IMG/VR virus record: IMGVR_UViG_2822120212_000001
Span: 1-64,000 of that record
Strand: one strand, 5' to 3'
Source of the DNA: an uncultured virus (IMG/VR IMGVR_UViG_2822120212_000001)
Taxonomy: Duplodnaviria > Heunggongvirae > Uroviricota > Caudoviricetes
Length of the DNA stretch: 64,000 nucleotides
The position numbers were made by a program, and so were the translations under genes. Position 1 is the stretch's first letter. The number at the start of each line of letters is the position of its first letter. Below the pieces are notes generated by a model that saw only the letters and a list, made by a program, of their open reading frames with translations, had not been told where the DNA came from and did no database searches. Of this stretch, positions 51,803 through 60,827 are shown in pieces.

Positions 51803-52297
51803 TTACCAAGGTGCATTATAAAGCATAGTCACAACTTCAGCTCTTGTTGCAAATTCATTTCCACGAGTTCCATCAAAGATACCCAATTGCTTTGCACGAA
51901 TATCTGAGAAATAGAATCCGTTTTCTGGACTCCACACACTATTATTTCTCATTTGTAATACCATTGCAGCAGCTTCGCTACGTGTGATCCAATTGGTTCC
52001 ACGAGAACCGTCTGATATGCCATTGTTTATTACATGTCTACGAGCATCGTCATAACTTACATTAACTGCTCCTCCATGGTTATAACGAGTGATCATTAAC
52101 CACATATCTTGTCGAGTAGCTAGGTTATCTGCCATATAAGCAGTGATAATTCCGTTTCTCATCGCCCAATTCATTTGGGTATCTGACCAATGCGCTGATG
52201 CTTCTTTAGGAGCGACTGTTGCGAAACCAGCAGATAACATAACAGCTGCAGCAGCAACGACCATGATTTTTTTAAGTTTTTTTAACATACTTTCCAT
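51803..52297 (-). CDS. Secreted protein with SLH-like repeats
   Basis: Signal peptide ASA|HW; ATRQD/ITRSE/ATRAEV repeats. Confidence 0.75.
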   Translation of the reverse strand: MESMLKKLKKIMVVAAAAVMLSAGFATVAPKEASAHWSDTQMNWAMRNGIITAYMADNLATRQDMWLMITRYNHGGAVNVSYDDARRHVINNGISDGSRGTNWITRSEAAAMVLQMRNNSVWSPENGFYFSDIRAKQLGIFDGTRGNEFATRAEVVTMLYNAPW

Positions 52298-52505
52298 CCC
52301 TTTCCCCTATGTAAAATTATTACATCTATTATATTACGGTATTTGGTTTTCAGAGTAAATTGATATATCAGAATTTAGGGTATTCTTTTAGTCATATTTT
52401 GTGAACTCGATAACAAAAATGGAATTCAATTAAACACTATGAAAGGTTGGAGGTATGAAGTTAAGTAAAAAGAGGGTCTACTCAACTTTGAGTAGGCCCT
52501 CTTTT

Positions 52506-52842
52506 TTAATTTATATTCACTAATTCATCAAATTTAAATTCCGTACTCAATCCAAATGCATCTGTACAATACACTGTTTTTAGCATTGGTTCGATGTGTA
52601 AAACATTTATGTACATATCTTGAATCATCCCGTCACGGTAGTATGAAATTAATATTTCTTCATGAGATTGCATTGATTGAATAAGACTACGTTCAATCTG
52701 TTCTTGCATATCTTCACTAACAATTGGTTTCGGTACTTTATTTTTTATGACTTTTTACAATTTAGGTCTTGATAACGAACGGTTGCCATTTCACCATGCC
52801 ACGACCTTTTATTTTAGGTGTTCCCCAGCTTTGACTTTCCAT
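52506..52842 (-). pseudogene. YolD-like gene with internal deletion/frameshift
   Basis: KGRGMVKWQPF N-terminus ends in an early stop; C-half (ISYYRDG...FDELVNIN) is separate; LexA-like GAAC-N4-GCTC at 52882-52895. Confidence 0.75.
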
Positions 52843-52897
52843 GATGATCCCCCGATTCGTGTAATTTATGTTCATTATACACGAGCGTACGTTCTTT

Positions 52898-53137
52898 TTA
52901 AACTGCTTTTTCTGCGTTGTTTTTCCCCTCTAATTCCTTATTTAAAAATTCTATTCGTCGTTGGATAAATTCAATTTCACTTCGGCGGGCTGCATTATAT
53001 CCTTTGAAATGCCCTTTTGCGTAACCATCAGCAGCTTTTATTTCATTTTCAAAATCATTAATGCTATCTGTTAAGAATTGAATGCGTTCATTCATTATTT
53101 CTATTAAATATTCAACAGATTTTCGCTCCATACCCAT
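52898..53137 (-). CDS. Hypothetical protein
   Basis: AAGGAG RBS. Confidence 0.6.
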   Translation of the reverse strand: MGMERKSVEYLIEIMNERIQFLTDSINDFENEIKAADGYAKGHFKGYNAARRSEIEFIQRRIEFLNKELEGKNNAEKAV

Positions 53138-53174
53138 ATAAACAGCTCCTTTTTTTATAAAATTACACTTTTTT

Positions 53175-53405
53175 TTACATATACCAAAAGTCGGTTACTT
53201 GTTTTCTTGGTTCATGCTTCCGAACAACCTTCATAACCTTCTGCATAGTAGTTGGAGATGGTACATAATCTTTATCGTTACATAATTGGCCCAACGTATT
53301 TCTATTCACTTTACTCACCTTGGAAAACTCCTGTATTGAATAATCGTAGTTAGCTAGAAATTTAGCTAGCTTTGTTTTATGCCTACCGATACCTCTGCCC
53401 CACAC
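53175..53405 (-). CDS. XRE-type HTH protein divergent from the FtsK operon
   Basis: SIQEFSKVSKVNRNTLGQLCN...PS. Confidence 0.8.
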   Translation of the reverse strand: MWGRGIGRHKTKLAKFLANYDYSIQEFSKVSKVNRNTLGQLCNDKDYVPSPTTMQKVMKVVRKHEPRKQVTDFWYM

Positions 53406-53512
53406 ATGAATCTCCTCCGTAATCCTTTTTAATCATCCTTGTCCAAAATGCAAAAAACTATACGCAATTGCACAAAAGATTTGGCATATTGTCCAAGCCA
53501 TCCACAATATGA

Positions 53513-53634
53513 TGTATCAAGGTTGCTGCCAAAGTAGCTACCAAAGTAAATAGCCTAATCGCTATCAAGGTAACTAGTATTTGTACTATCAAAGTAGCTA
53601 TCAAGTTATCTATCAAGGTAACACTACCAAGGTA
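53513..53634 (+). repeat. Phased 12-bp direct repeats GCTA(T/C)CAA(A/G)GTA, ~8 copies
   Basis: Units at 53513, 53525, 53537, 53561, 53585, 53597, 53609, 53623. Confidence 0.85.
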
Positions 53635-53696
53635 TTAAGCCGATAAACCCATGTATCATAAGGATTTCAAATTCTGTTTATAAAGGGGAGTTTTAT

Positions 53697-53891
53697 ATGG
53701 TAACTACATTTATTTCATTAGGAGTTTTAGGGGCAACAACAATTGGTGGAGCAATATTAGAAAAGCATCTTGTAAAAAATGATCACGTTGCTGCAGCTAA
53801 ACTTTTAAGTGATGGAATGTATCACGGAATGAGGATAGGTGGAGTTTGTTTCATCGGTTACGTATTTATTAAAATTTTAATCATGTTCTAG
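53697..53891 (+). CDS. Small 2-TM protein of the FtsK operon
   Basis: Two hydrophobic segments, GGGGAG RBS. Confidence 0.75.
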   Translation: MVTTFISLGVLGATTIGGAILEKHLVKNDHVAAAKLLSDGMYHGMRIGGVCFIGYVFIKILIMF

Positions 53892-53902
53892 GAGGTCGTG
53901 AA

Positions 53903-55069
53903 ATGGGAATCATCAAAGAATGGCTTCATAAACAAAGTTTAAAGAATCAACTTATAGAGGTATTTGGAAAAGCGGGTTTATATGTGGACCATCAAACTAG
54001 GGGTGGGAAAGTCCCAATTTACCCGAAGATACATGATATATCCTCTTCGAAAGAAAAGGTTCGATATATATTCACCATTCCGAACGGTTTGGATCCAAAG
54101 ACTATTGAAAAGAAATGGTTTTGCTTTCAACAAATATTAGGGAGGAATGTAGCGATTGAAGGTGATATTAAAAAGTTTGTGCTCAATGTGTTTCATTCAG
54201 ATGCAGGACTACAAACATACAATTACAGTTATAAGAAATGGCAGCCATTATTAAAACGGCATCGTCTTCCTGTTGTGGTAGGTCGGGACCAATTTGGGAA
54301 CATGATTGTGTATGACATGGTTGAAGCAAATACACCACATTTACTCATTGCAGGTGAAACAGGGAGTGGTAAAAGTAGTATGGTACGTGTTGTTCTTTCC
54401 ACACTCATTCAATATATGTCTCCTGAAAAGTTGCATTTATACCTGGGTGACTTAAAAAACTCTGAATTTCATTTCTTGAGAAGAGTCAAACATGTAAAAG
54501 AGGTTTGCATGGAAGAAATCGAAATGAAAATCATGCTTCAGAAAGTGTGGAAGGAAATACGCGAACGTAGAAAGTTGATGGAAGAGTATGAAGTGGATCA
54601 CATTGATGAATACAACAAATTGAATCCTGGTAATCAGAAACCATATCTCTTACTTGCTATTGATGAAGTAGCGATGCTTCAAGATGAAAAGGAATGTATG
54701 TCCACAATTGAAAAGATATCGGCAGTCGGTAGGGCGCTCGGTGTCTTCCTCATGCTTAGTATGCAACGTCCTGACGCAAAAGTATTAGATGGTAAGTTAA
54801 AATTGAATATGACCGTAAGAATGGGCTTTAAATGTGCCGATACAATCAATAGCAACATCGTGGGTACACCTGGATCAGAACACTTGGAGCAATCGGGCCA
54901 AATGATTTTAAAATTAAATGGTTTAAAGAAAGTTCAAGCTCCATTTTTAGAATTAAGCAAAGCGAAACAAATTGTAGGACCTTATCGTATTCCGAAAGAG
55001 GATATAACGCTTCAGAATCCTCCACAAAAAGAAAATAAATTGTTTGGGGTGTTAGATTATGAACAGTAG
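53903..55069 (+). CDS. FtsK/SpoIIIE-family ATPase (no gamma domain)
   Basis: PHLLIAGETGSGKS, DLK, IDE, GRALG, QRP. Confidence 0.9.
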   Translation: MGIIKEWLHKQSLKNQLIEVFGKAGLYVDHQTRGGKVPIYPKIHDISSSKEKVRYIFTIPNGLDPKTIEKKWFCFQQILGRNVAIEGDIKKFVLNVFHSDAGLQTYNYSYKKWQPLLKRHRLPVVVGRDQFGNMIVYDMVEANTPHLLIAGETGSGKSSMVRVVLSTLIQYMSPEKLHLYLGDLKNSEFHFLRRVKHVKEVCMEEIEMKIMLQKVWKEIRERRKLMEEYEVDHIDEYNKLNPGNQKPYLLLAIDEVAMLQDEKECMSTIEKISAVGRALGVFLMLSMQRPDAKVLDGKLKLNMTVRMGFKCADTINSNIVGTPGSEHLEQSGQMILKLNGLKKVQAPFLELSKAKQIVGPYRIPKEDITLQNPPQKENKLFGVLDYEQ

Positions 55070-55667
55070 AGACAAAGTGATACTAGGCGATTTGAAACGT
55101 TTCAGATGTATGTCGCGCGATGATATTATAGATTTGCATTTTCATGGAGTAAAAAACGCAGTTACTTGCTGTAATACTGTTATGAAACGATTGAGAAGAG
55201 ACGGCCATGTGGATGCCAATATCACACAGCAGCCATTTGTATATTTTCCTCAACCTAGCACACTTCGAAAAACTAGCCAAAAGATTCCACACTTCCTCGG
55301 TATTGTGGATATATATAAACAGCTTATCCATTATGAAAAACCTAAACTATTTAAAGTAGAACCAAAATACGGAAAGGATTATATGGAACCTGATGCATTT
55401 ACAATATGGCGCAGATCTCCATTCTTCATCGAAGTCCAGAAGTCGGTTTACAGTAAAAAAGTTATGCAGGATAAAATCAACAGGTATGAATTATATTTTC
55501 GCAGTCAGGAATGGCATAACGAGTCATGGCAGCCAAAAGGTTCTAAATTTTTCCCGTCAATCCTCATTATTACTGATAAGCAGTATGATATTAGTTCTTC
55601 TAACTTACGAGTCTTTCAAGCTTCTTCAATTAGCAATTTCATAGATAGTATTGCTGTTAAAGCATAA
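55059..55667 (+). CDS. Replication-relaxation family protein (wHTH + PD-(D/E)xK-like)
   Basis: MKRLRRDGHV HTH, HFL, EPDA...FIEVQ; overlaps the FtsK gene. Confidence 0.8.
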   Translation: MNSRDKVILGDLKRFRCMSRDDIIDLHFHGVKNAVTCCNTVMKRLRRDGHVDANITQQPFVYFPQPSTLRKTSQKIPHFLGIVDIYKQLIHYEKPKLFKVEPKYGKDYMEPDAFTIWRRSPFFIEVQKSVYSKKVMQDKINRYELYFRSQEWHNESWQPKGSKFFPSILIITDKQYDISSSNLRVFQASSISNFIDSIAVKA

Positions 55668-55679
55668 TAAGAAGAGTTT

Positions 55680-55872
55680 TATTCGCGGGAATCGTATCCG
55701 TTGTAGCGTTATGCGGAGGATTGTTCATTATGGTTGGTAGCCAGGAACGGGGATTCTCGCTAATAAGTCGTGCGGGGATTGGTTATATAGTGGTGCAAAT
55801 GATTCCGTTGTTTATGAGAGTGCTTGTTGAGATCGCTAAGGCTATTTAGTCCTACTTAATGTAGGACTTTTT
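55680..55872 (+). other. Multi-hairpin structured region (sso/oriT or ncRNA candidate) + terminator
   Basis: TATTCGCGGGAATC/GATTCTCGCTAATA stem enclosing hairpins carrying TAGCGT and GGTTGGTAGCC; AGTCCTAC/GTAGGACT terminator. Confidence 0.45.
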
Positions 55873-56035
55873 CATATGATAATAACCATCTATCGTTATT
55901 ATCAGACAACATATCTTAACTCAACATTCGCAATAAATAGTTTTATGTTTCTAAAATTGTAATATATTTACATTTGTGAAAATCGAAAGTATGATGAAGG
56001 TGCAAGCTATAAAACTATTAAAGGGGGATTTTTTT

Positions 56036-56467
56036 ATGTTAAAGAAACTAGCAATGGGAGCATTAGCAACTGGAATTGCTTTATCTGGGGCCGGAGGAGC
56101 ACTTGCAGCTGAAAAACCTCAGGTAGTTGATAAAAAGATTTCATCCAATTCCATAGCATCGGTTAATGTAGGTAACGGGCAAACTGACGGAACACTTTAT
56201 TCTATTAGTGCTTATCGTTTAATTCCAGTAAAAGCTTCGAGTTTAAGTCAAAAATCACTTTCTGTGGATTTATGGGGACACTCAGATACTAAAATTTCTA
56301 TTTATGAAGATAGTGAGTATGGTAGACTTTTAGGTTCATGGACAATGTCTGAAACACCAAAGACGGTAAGCATTAACCCTAGTAAAACTTATTATTTACG
56401 TATTGGTGTAATGCCACATAGCCAAGATAGTTCGTGGAACTATGTGGTAAATTGGCAATTTAAATAA
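56036..56467 (+). CDS. Secreted beta-rich protein
   Basis: Signal peptide MLKKLAMGALATGIALSGAGGALA. Confidence 0.75.
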   Translation: MLKKLAMGALATGIALSGAGGALAAEKPQVVDKKISSNSIASVNVGNGQTDGTLYSISAYRLIPVKASSLSQKSLSVDLWGHSDTKISIYEDSEYGRLLGSWTMSETPKTVSINPSKTYYLRIGVMPHSQDSSWNYVVNWQFK

Positions 56468-56558
56468 TTAAGAAAAAACCCTGTTTATACAGGGTTTTTT
56501 CTTTGCAGGAATTTATCAATCATCATGGAATACTGTCACTAGGAGGTGTTGTGACGTT

Positions 56559-57149
56559 ATGACGGACGAAATTGTTTATTCTGCTAGTGAAGTATACAAG
56601 CGACTAGGAATTTCCGATAGCACCCTTAGAAAGTACATGGAAGTATTATCACGCGAAGGATTCGCAGTAAAGAAAGATAATCGAGGCAGACGCCAATACA
56701 CAGAGCATGACGTTATGGTGATTGAGAAGTTAATTGAACTCAGTAAGCATGACGGTATGACGCTAGAGAAGGCAGCGAAGATGATTGCGCAGCAAATAGA
56801 GAAGGTTAATCCGGATCTGATTCAAGAAGATCCTGAGGAAACGGATTTAGTGCCATTCCACATTAAACAGCAATTACAGCAGCAGTACAGCGTTATGGCG
56901 CAAGAAATGAATCAGAGTATGTTAGCGATGGAGAAGCGATTAAGTGAGCAGGCGAAGCAAAGTAACGAGGAAATTAAAGCGAGTATAGAATCGCATAATG
57001 AACGAGTGGAAAAACGATTGGAAGCTCGGGATGAGACGCTTATGAAGACACTACGTGAGATGCAGGAAACGAAGAGATTAATGCAGGAATTTCGGGATGA
57101 GGTTGCTGCAGCGAATGAGAAGAAAAAGCCGTGGTGGCGGTTTTGGTGA
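56559..57149 (+). CDS. MerR-type HTH + coiled coil + KKPWWRFW tail (DUF3967-like, RacA-like architecture)
   Basis: YSASEVYKRLGISDSTLRKY...RRQY; sigma-H-like AGGA-N17-GAAT at 56507-56531. Confidence 0.8.
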   Translation: MTDEIVYSASEVYKRLGISDSTLRKYMEVLSREGFAVKKDNRGRRQYTEHDVMVIEKLIELSKHDGMTLEKAAKMIAQQIEKVNPDLIQEDPEETDLVPFHIKQQLQQQYSVMAQEMNQSMLAMEKRLSEQAKQSNEEIKASIESHNERVEKRLEARDETLMKTLREMQETKRLMQEFRDEVAAANEKKKPWWRFW

Positions 57150-57301
57150 GAACAAGAAATATATGAAGTAACCAATAAAGTTGCATAAAATCAATGGTTT
57201 GAAAGTCTAATATCGCAAAATTATCTTTCAAAATAACTCGTATACTTTGTTATAATCAACCCAGGATATATAATACTGGTTAATCGAAAAGAGGGATAAT
57301 A

Positions 57302-57475
57302 GTGAAACAAGTAGCTCTCCATCAATTGCACAAAGAGCATAATAAACGAATAGCAGAATTTCATAAAAAAAACGAAATTAAAATTCAACGTGGTGAAAAT
57401 GGGAACGGTTTGCTAGCTAAATGGGAAAGATTTTTCTATAACAAGGTAATTTCCCCTCTAAAGAATGTTAAATAA
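57302..57475 (+). CDS. Small basic protein (57 aa)
   Basis: GAGGG RBS, GTG start. Confidence 0.5.
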   Translation: MKQVALHQLHKEHNKRIAEFHKKNEIKIQRGENGNGLLAKWERFFYNKVISPLKNVK

Positions 57476-57541
57476 TAAAAGAGAAGCAGGAGTGTTTTGG
57501 TTTCCTGCTTAAAATAAATAAAAAACAGAANNTTCTGTTTT

Positions 57542-57748
57542 TTATTTATTTTCTAACGTCTCGTAAAGACGCTTGTACATATCTTTATATGCTTTAGAAT
57601 GTCGGTTGACTAGTTGAGAATCTACATAATGCTCAACTAGCATGTCAATGATGTTATTAATTGATGTTTTATCCATACCTTCTTGTTCCTTTATAAATGG
57701 TTTAAGGGTATTTAGCTTTAGCAAAACGGCTGGTGAAATTTTAGCTGT
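57542..57748 (-). pseudogene. 5'-truncated partition adaptor paralogue
   Basis: TAKISPAVLLKL...IIDMLVEHYV aligns with SIKISNQSKEEL...IIDLLIDRYV of the next gene; in-frame stop upstream, no RBS. Confidence 0.6.
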
Positions 57749-57809
57749 TTAATCCGTGTATTTAAGTAAGTGGAAGAAAGTTGATTAGGTATAGATATAT
57801 TAAAAAAAA

Positions 57810-57860
57810 GTGGAAATATAGAAATATCCCTATTTCTAAATAGGGATATTTCTATATTTT
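57810..57860. repeat. Centromere-like AAATAGGG/ATAGAAAT cluster downstream of the par operon
   Basis: Same units as 59086-59428, in inverted arrangement. Confidence 0.7.
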
Positions 57861-58234
57861 TAAATCTCTGTTAATAGCTTGAATTTCCTTTTCTGTTCAG
57901 GTGTTAGCTCATTTTCTACATAGCGATCTATAAGTAAATCGATGATCTCATAAGCAAATTTTGTGTTTGTAAGTTTCATTAATACTTCTAGTTCTTCTTT
58001 TGATTGATTAGAAATTTTAATGCTACCTTGTTGATTTTTAAATTTCTTTTTTGATTCAATTTTTTCGTTTCTTTTTTCTTTTCGAGTTACTTGTTTTTCT
58101 TCAGTCTTAGGTTGAGAAGGCGTAGCTGGAACCTCGTTATTTTCCACTACAGCTTGTCCTTGCTCTGGTACATAAGGCTCAGTAGGTTCAAAGTTACTTT
58201 TCTTTCTACCTAACAAACCAGGAGTTCTCGCCAT
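57860..58234 (-). CDS. Centromere-binding adaptor of a type Ib partition system
   Basis: Directly after parA; disordered N-terminus, RHH-like C-terminus. Confidence 0.75.
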   Translation of the reverse strand: MARTPGLLGRKKSNFEPTEPYVPEQGQAVVENNEVPATPSQPKTEEKQVTRKEKRNEKIESKKKFKNQQGSIKISNQSKEELEVLMKLTNTKFAYEIIDLLIDRYVENELTPEQKRKFKLLTEI

Positions 58235-58235
58235 T

Positions 58236-59057
58236 TTACACACCAACCTTCATTTTTTCAAACATATCAATACGAGATAGCAATTCATCACTAATCGTTT
58301 CGTATAGTTCAATTACATTCATATCATGTCTATCTTTTTCAGTAATACCATTCACATCAAATCGTTTAATACGTTCCATTTGAGGGACGATGTTTTTAAA
58401 TAGGTTTTCTTCACCGAAAATTTCACGAGCATTTTCCATGATATATTCGTCAACCTTACCGTTGTTTTTTAATAGGACAGGAAGAACACCAACTACTTCA
58501 ATATCAAGATCATATTGCTCTTTTAGCTTAATAAGTTCATTAACATAATTCTCAGCACCAGTTAGAGAACGCTCTTGAGTTTGCAAAGCAATTAGAACAT
58601 AATCAGAAGCTACAACGGCGTTCTTTGTAACTTCTAGTGACATTGGAGGAACATCGATAAATATGTAGTCGTATTTATGCTTTATCTTTTCAAGTAATCC
58701 TTTAAAGTAATGATCTTCTTCAGCTTCCGAAGAACAATTTTTATAAAGGAATTTTGCGAAATCTTGAAAATCAACGTAAGAAGGAAGTAAATGTAAGTTC
58801 TCCATAATTTCCACTTCTAAGCCGTCTAGGTTCCCCTCTTGTATTCCCTTCATTAATGTTTTTTCTACTGTAACAATTTCATCAGGGTTAAGAATGGATT
58901 TTGTTAACATTAAAGACTTTGTTGCGTTACTTTGTGGATCAAGGTCAACAAGTAATGTACGCTTGCCCTTTTTAGCAAATTCATAAGAGTTCAATACAGC
59001 ATTTGTGGTTTTACCGACTCCACCTTTGTAATTACCTACCGTAATTGTAATAGCCAT
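58236..59057 (-). CDS. parA: ParA/Soj Walker-type ATPase
   Basis: KGGVGKTT, DLDPQSNAT, IFIDVPP. Confidence 0.93.
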   Translation of the reverse strand: MAITITVGNYKGGVGKTTNAVLNSYEFAKKGKRTLLVDLDPQSNATKSLMLTKSILNPDEIVTVEKTLMKGIQEGNLDGLEVEIMENLHLLPSYVDFQDFAKFLYKNCSSEAEEDHYFKGLLEKIKHKYDYIFIDVPPMSLEVTKNAVVASDYVLIALQTQERSLTGAENYVNELIKLKEQYDLDIEVVGVLPVLLKNNGKVDEYIMENAREIFGEENLFKNIVPQMERIKRFDVNGITEKDRHDMNVIELYETISDELLSRIDMFEKMKVGV

Positions 59058-59085
59058 TTTTAACACTCCAGTTATATTATTTAAA

Positions 59086-59428
59086 ATTTCCCTATATCCC
59101 TTTATAGAAATAGGGAAAAATAGAAATAGGGAAATAGGGATATTTCTAACTATAGAAATAGGGATATTTCTATATCTTTAAAGAAATTATAACAATGATA
59201 TTTGGGTTATGCAATAGAATCATAGAGTTAGTAATTAATAACAAAAACGTTGGTATCAAAAGATTATTTTGATGTATGAAGTAGAGAGAGTTAAGAAACA
59301 AATATGTAATTTCGTAGAGATGTTAGTAGAGGCAAAAATAATTAAAATAGGGAAATATAGATATAGGGAAAAGGGGAAATATCCCTATATCTATAAGTGG
59401 AAATAGGGAAATAGGGAAATAGGGATAT
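59086..59428. repeat. Centromere (parS/parC)-like 8-bp repeats, two clusters (59086-59175, 59346-59428)
   Basis: Tandem and inverted AAATAGGG units around the parA upstream region. Confidence 0.8.
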
Positions 59429-59594
59429 TATTCAAAAAGTGCGTAAATTCGCTGTTTACAAAGGATAAAGCTTGTTGTAACGTAGTACACAACAAGCACC
59501 ATTCTACAAAACAAAACATAATTTGATATTTTACATAAACGAAGATCATGAAGATCGATAGAGCAAAATCAAAACAATTGAATATGAACAGAAA

Positions 59595-59768
59595 ACAAAA
59601 AGCCACTCCATTTGCTATCGGCTACCAACCTTTAGCGGAGTGACTCAGTTCTAGTAATTGCTACCAACACTTACTAGAATGAACTGTATTAACCCACAGT
59701 GTTTACGTTTAAGTAGTGTACCATCACTTTCTTAAACAACTATGCCTTTTCACGAGGCTTCTTTGATA
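59595..59768 (-). ncRNA. Antisense (copy-control-like) RNA, ~170 nt
   Basis: Minus strand TTGATA-N17-TAAAAT (59802-59774); two hairpins with GTTGGTAGC loops; GTCACTCC/GGAGTGGC stem + U-tail. Confidence 0.7.
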
Positions 59769-59850
59769 TACCCATTTTATCTATTGTTTGGATAAATATC
59801 AACTAGTAAATACTAGTTTTGATTATTTTGTAGTCCAAAAGATATATAAC

Positions 59851-59922
59851 GGGCATCTCTAAGCCTAGAAGTCTTGTGATGTACAGGCCATTTAGGGAAT
59901 TAGAGATGCCTTTTTGTTTTTT
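59851..59922 (+). terminator. Attenuator terminator
   Basis: GGCATCTCTAA...TTAGAGATGCC then TTTTTGTTTTTT; alternative partner AGGCTTCTTTGA at 59755-59766. Confidence 0.7.
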
Positions 59923-59924
59923 GT

Positions 59925-60470
59925 TCGCGTGGAATTGCCTGAAACCACGTAAATAAAACTGATAAGCCGTGATTCCGTGCTTCTATATAGAGGGAACGTG
60001 TTACGGCGTGGCTAGCTGTTGGTCGTGCAGGGGGTACAGAGTATACGCCTACAAAAACAGCACCCCTCATTGGAATCCTGTTCTTCTGGTGAGGGTGGGC
60101 GAGAACTTGCCCAGGGACGATTCTCTAAAAGGTTCGGGTGGTTATCGTTAGCATTACGGTGCTAGGGAGTACATTCAGTTTGTCGTGTAGGGACGATATT
60201 ACAAGGACAAGCCATAGTAAAAGGATGTATGCGGTGAAAATCGCTGAGTGAACAGGGTCTATACATACGGATACCTTATAAGTGACCGCATGGCGAAAAC
60301 AAAGACGCTTATCCATCTATTTTGACTGATTACTTTTTTTGTAGTCTTTCAAAGTAGGGGATAAATCTGCCTTCCAGCCGTATTCCATAATCGTTCCCAC
60401 ATGATAAAAACCCTCAAGACCTTCAGTCAAGCGTAACTGTGAAGAAAGGATGAAAAACATGAGTTTGTTT
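59925..60470 (+). ncRNA. Large structured non-coding region (candidate replication RNA/origin)
   Basis: GC-richer than flanks, no credible ORF, many hairpins incl. UACG and GAAA tetraloops, GATAAGC/GCTTATC long-range stem. Confidence 0.5.
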
Positions 60471-60827
60471 AACTTTTGGGGGAATGACTTACTAAGATAG
60501 AGGAATAAATAAGGGATTTACTATTTACTTGGTTAAAGGATAAGGGGACGGATGATTAAAATATTTCCTATTGCAGAATTTGGTTTTACATATCGGATAT
60601 AGTACGTGAAATTAAACTTATATAATTTTAGTTTGATTGGTATATGGTGATATTCTAGCAGTTGATGAAAAAGCACGTTGAGAAGTGATGAAGTAAACAG
60701 AAAAAATATTGTTAGAAGATGTAGTGGTTAACCTCAGTAAACAAAAATTAACTTTTATTGTATATTTTGAAAATAGATATTAATTAAGGTAATCTTAATT
60801 TAAACTAATAAGGGGAGGGATATCATT

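Noticed and set aside
44610..52300. Diversity-generating retroelement or invertible tail-fibre system
   Set aside because: No reverse transcriptase, invertase or TR/VR pair seen
53420..53515. Divergent forespore (sigma-F/G) promoters for the FtsK operon and HTH gene
   Set aside because: GCATA/GTATA half-sites are present but -10 matches and spacing are too weak to call
60222..60276. GTATGCGGTGAAAATCGC...ACATACGG resembling group II intron domain V
   Set aside because: No AGC/CGC triad, an extra insert in the stem, no RT ORF and no interrupted gene; kept only as part of the structured region
59969..60316. Short ORFs 59969-60151 (+) and 60125-60316 (-), also 28409-28651
   Set aside because: No convincing RBS, atypical composition, overlap hairpin-rich DNA
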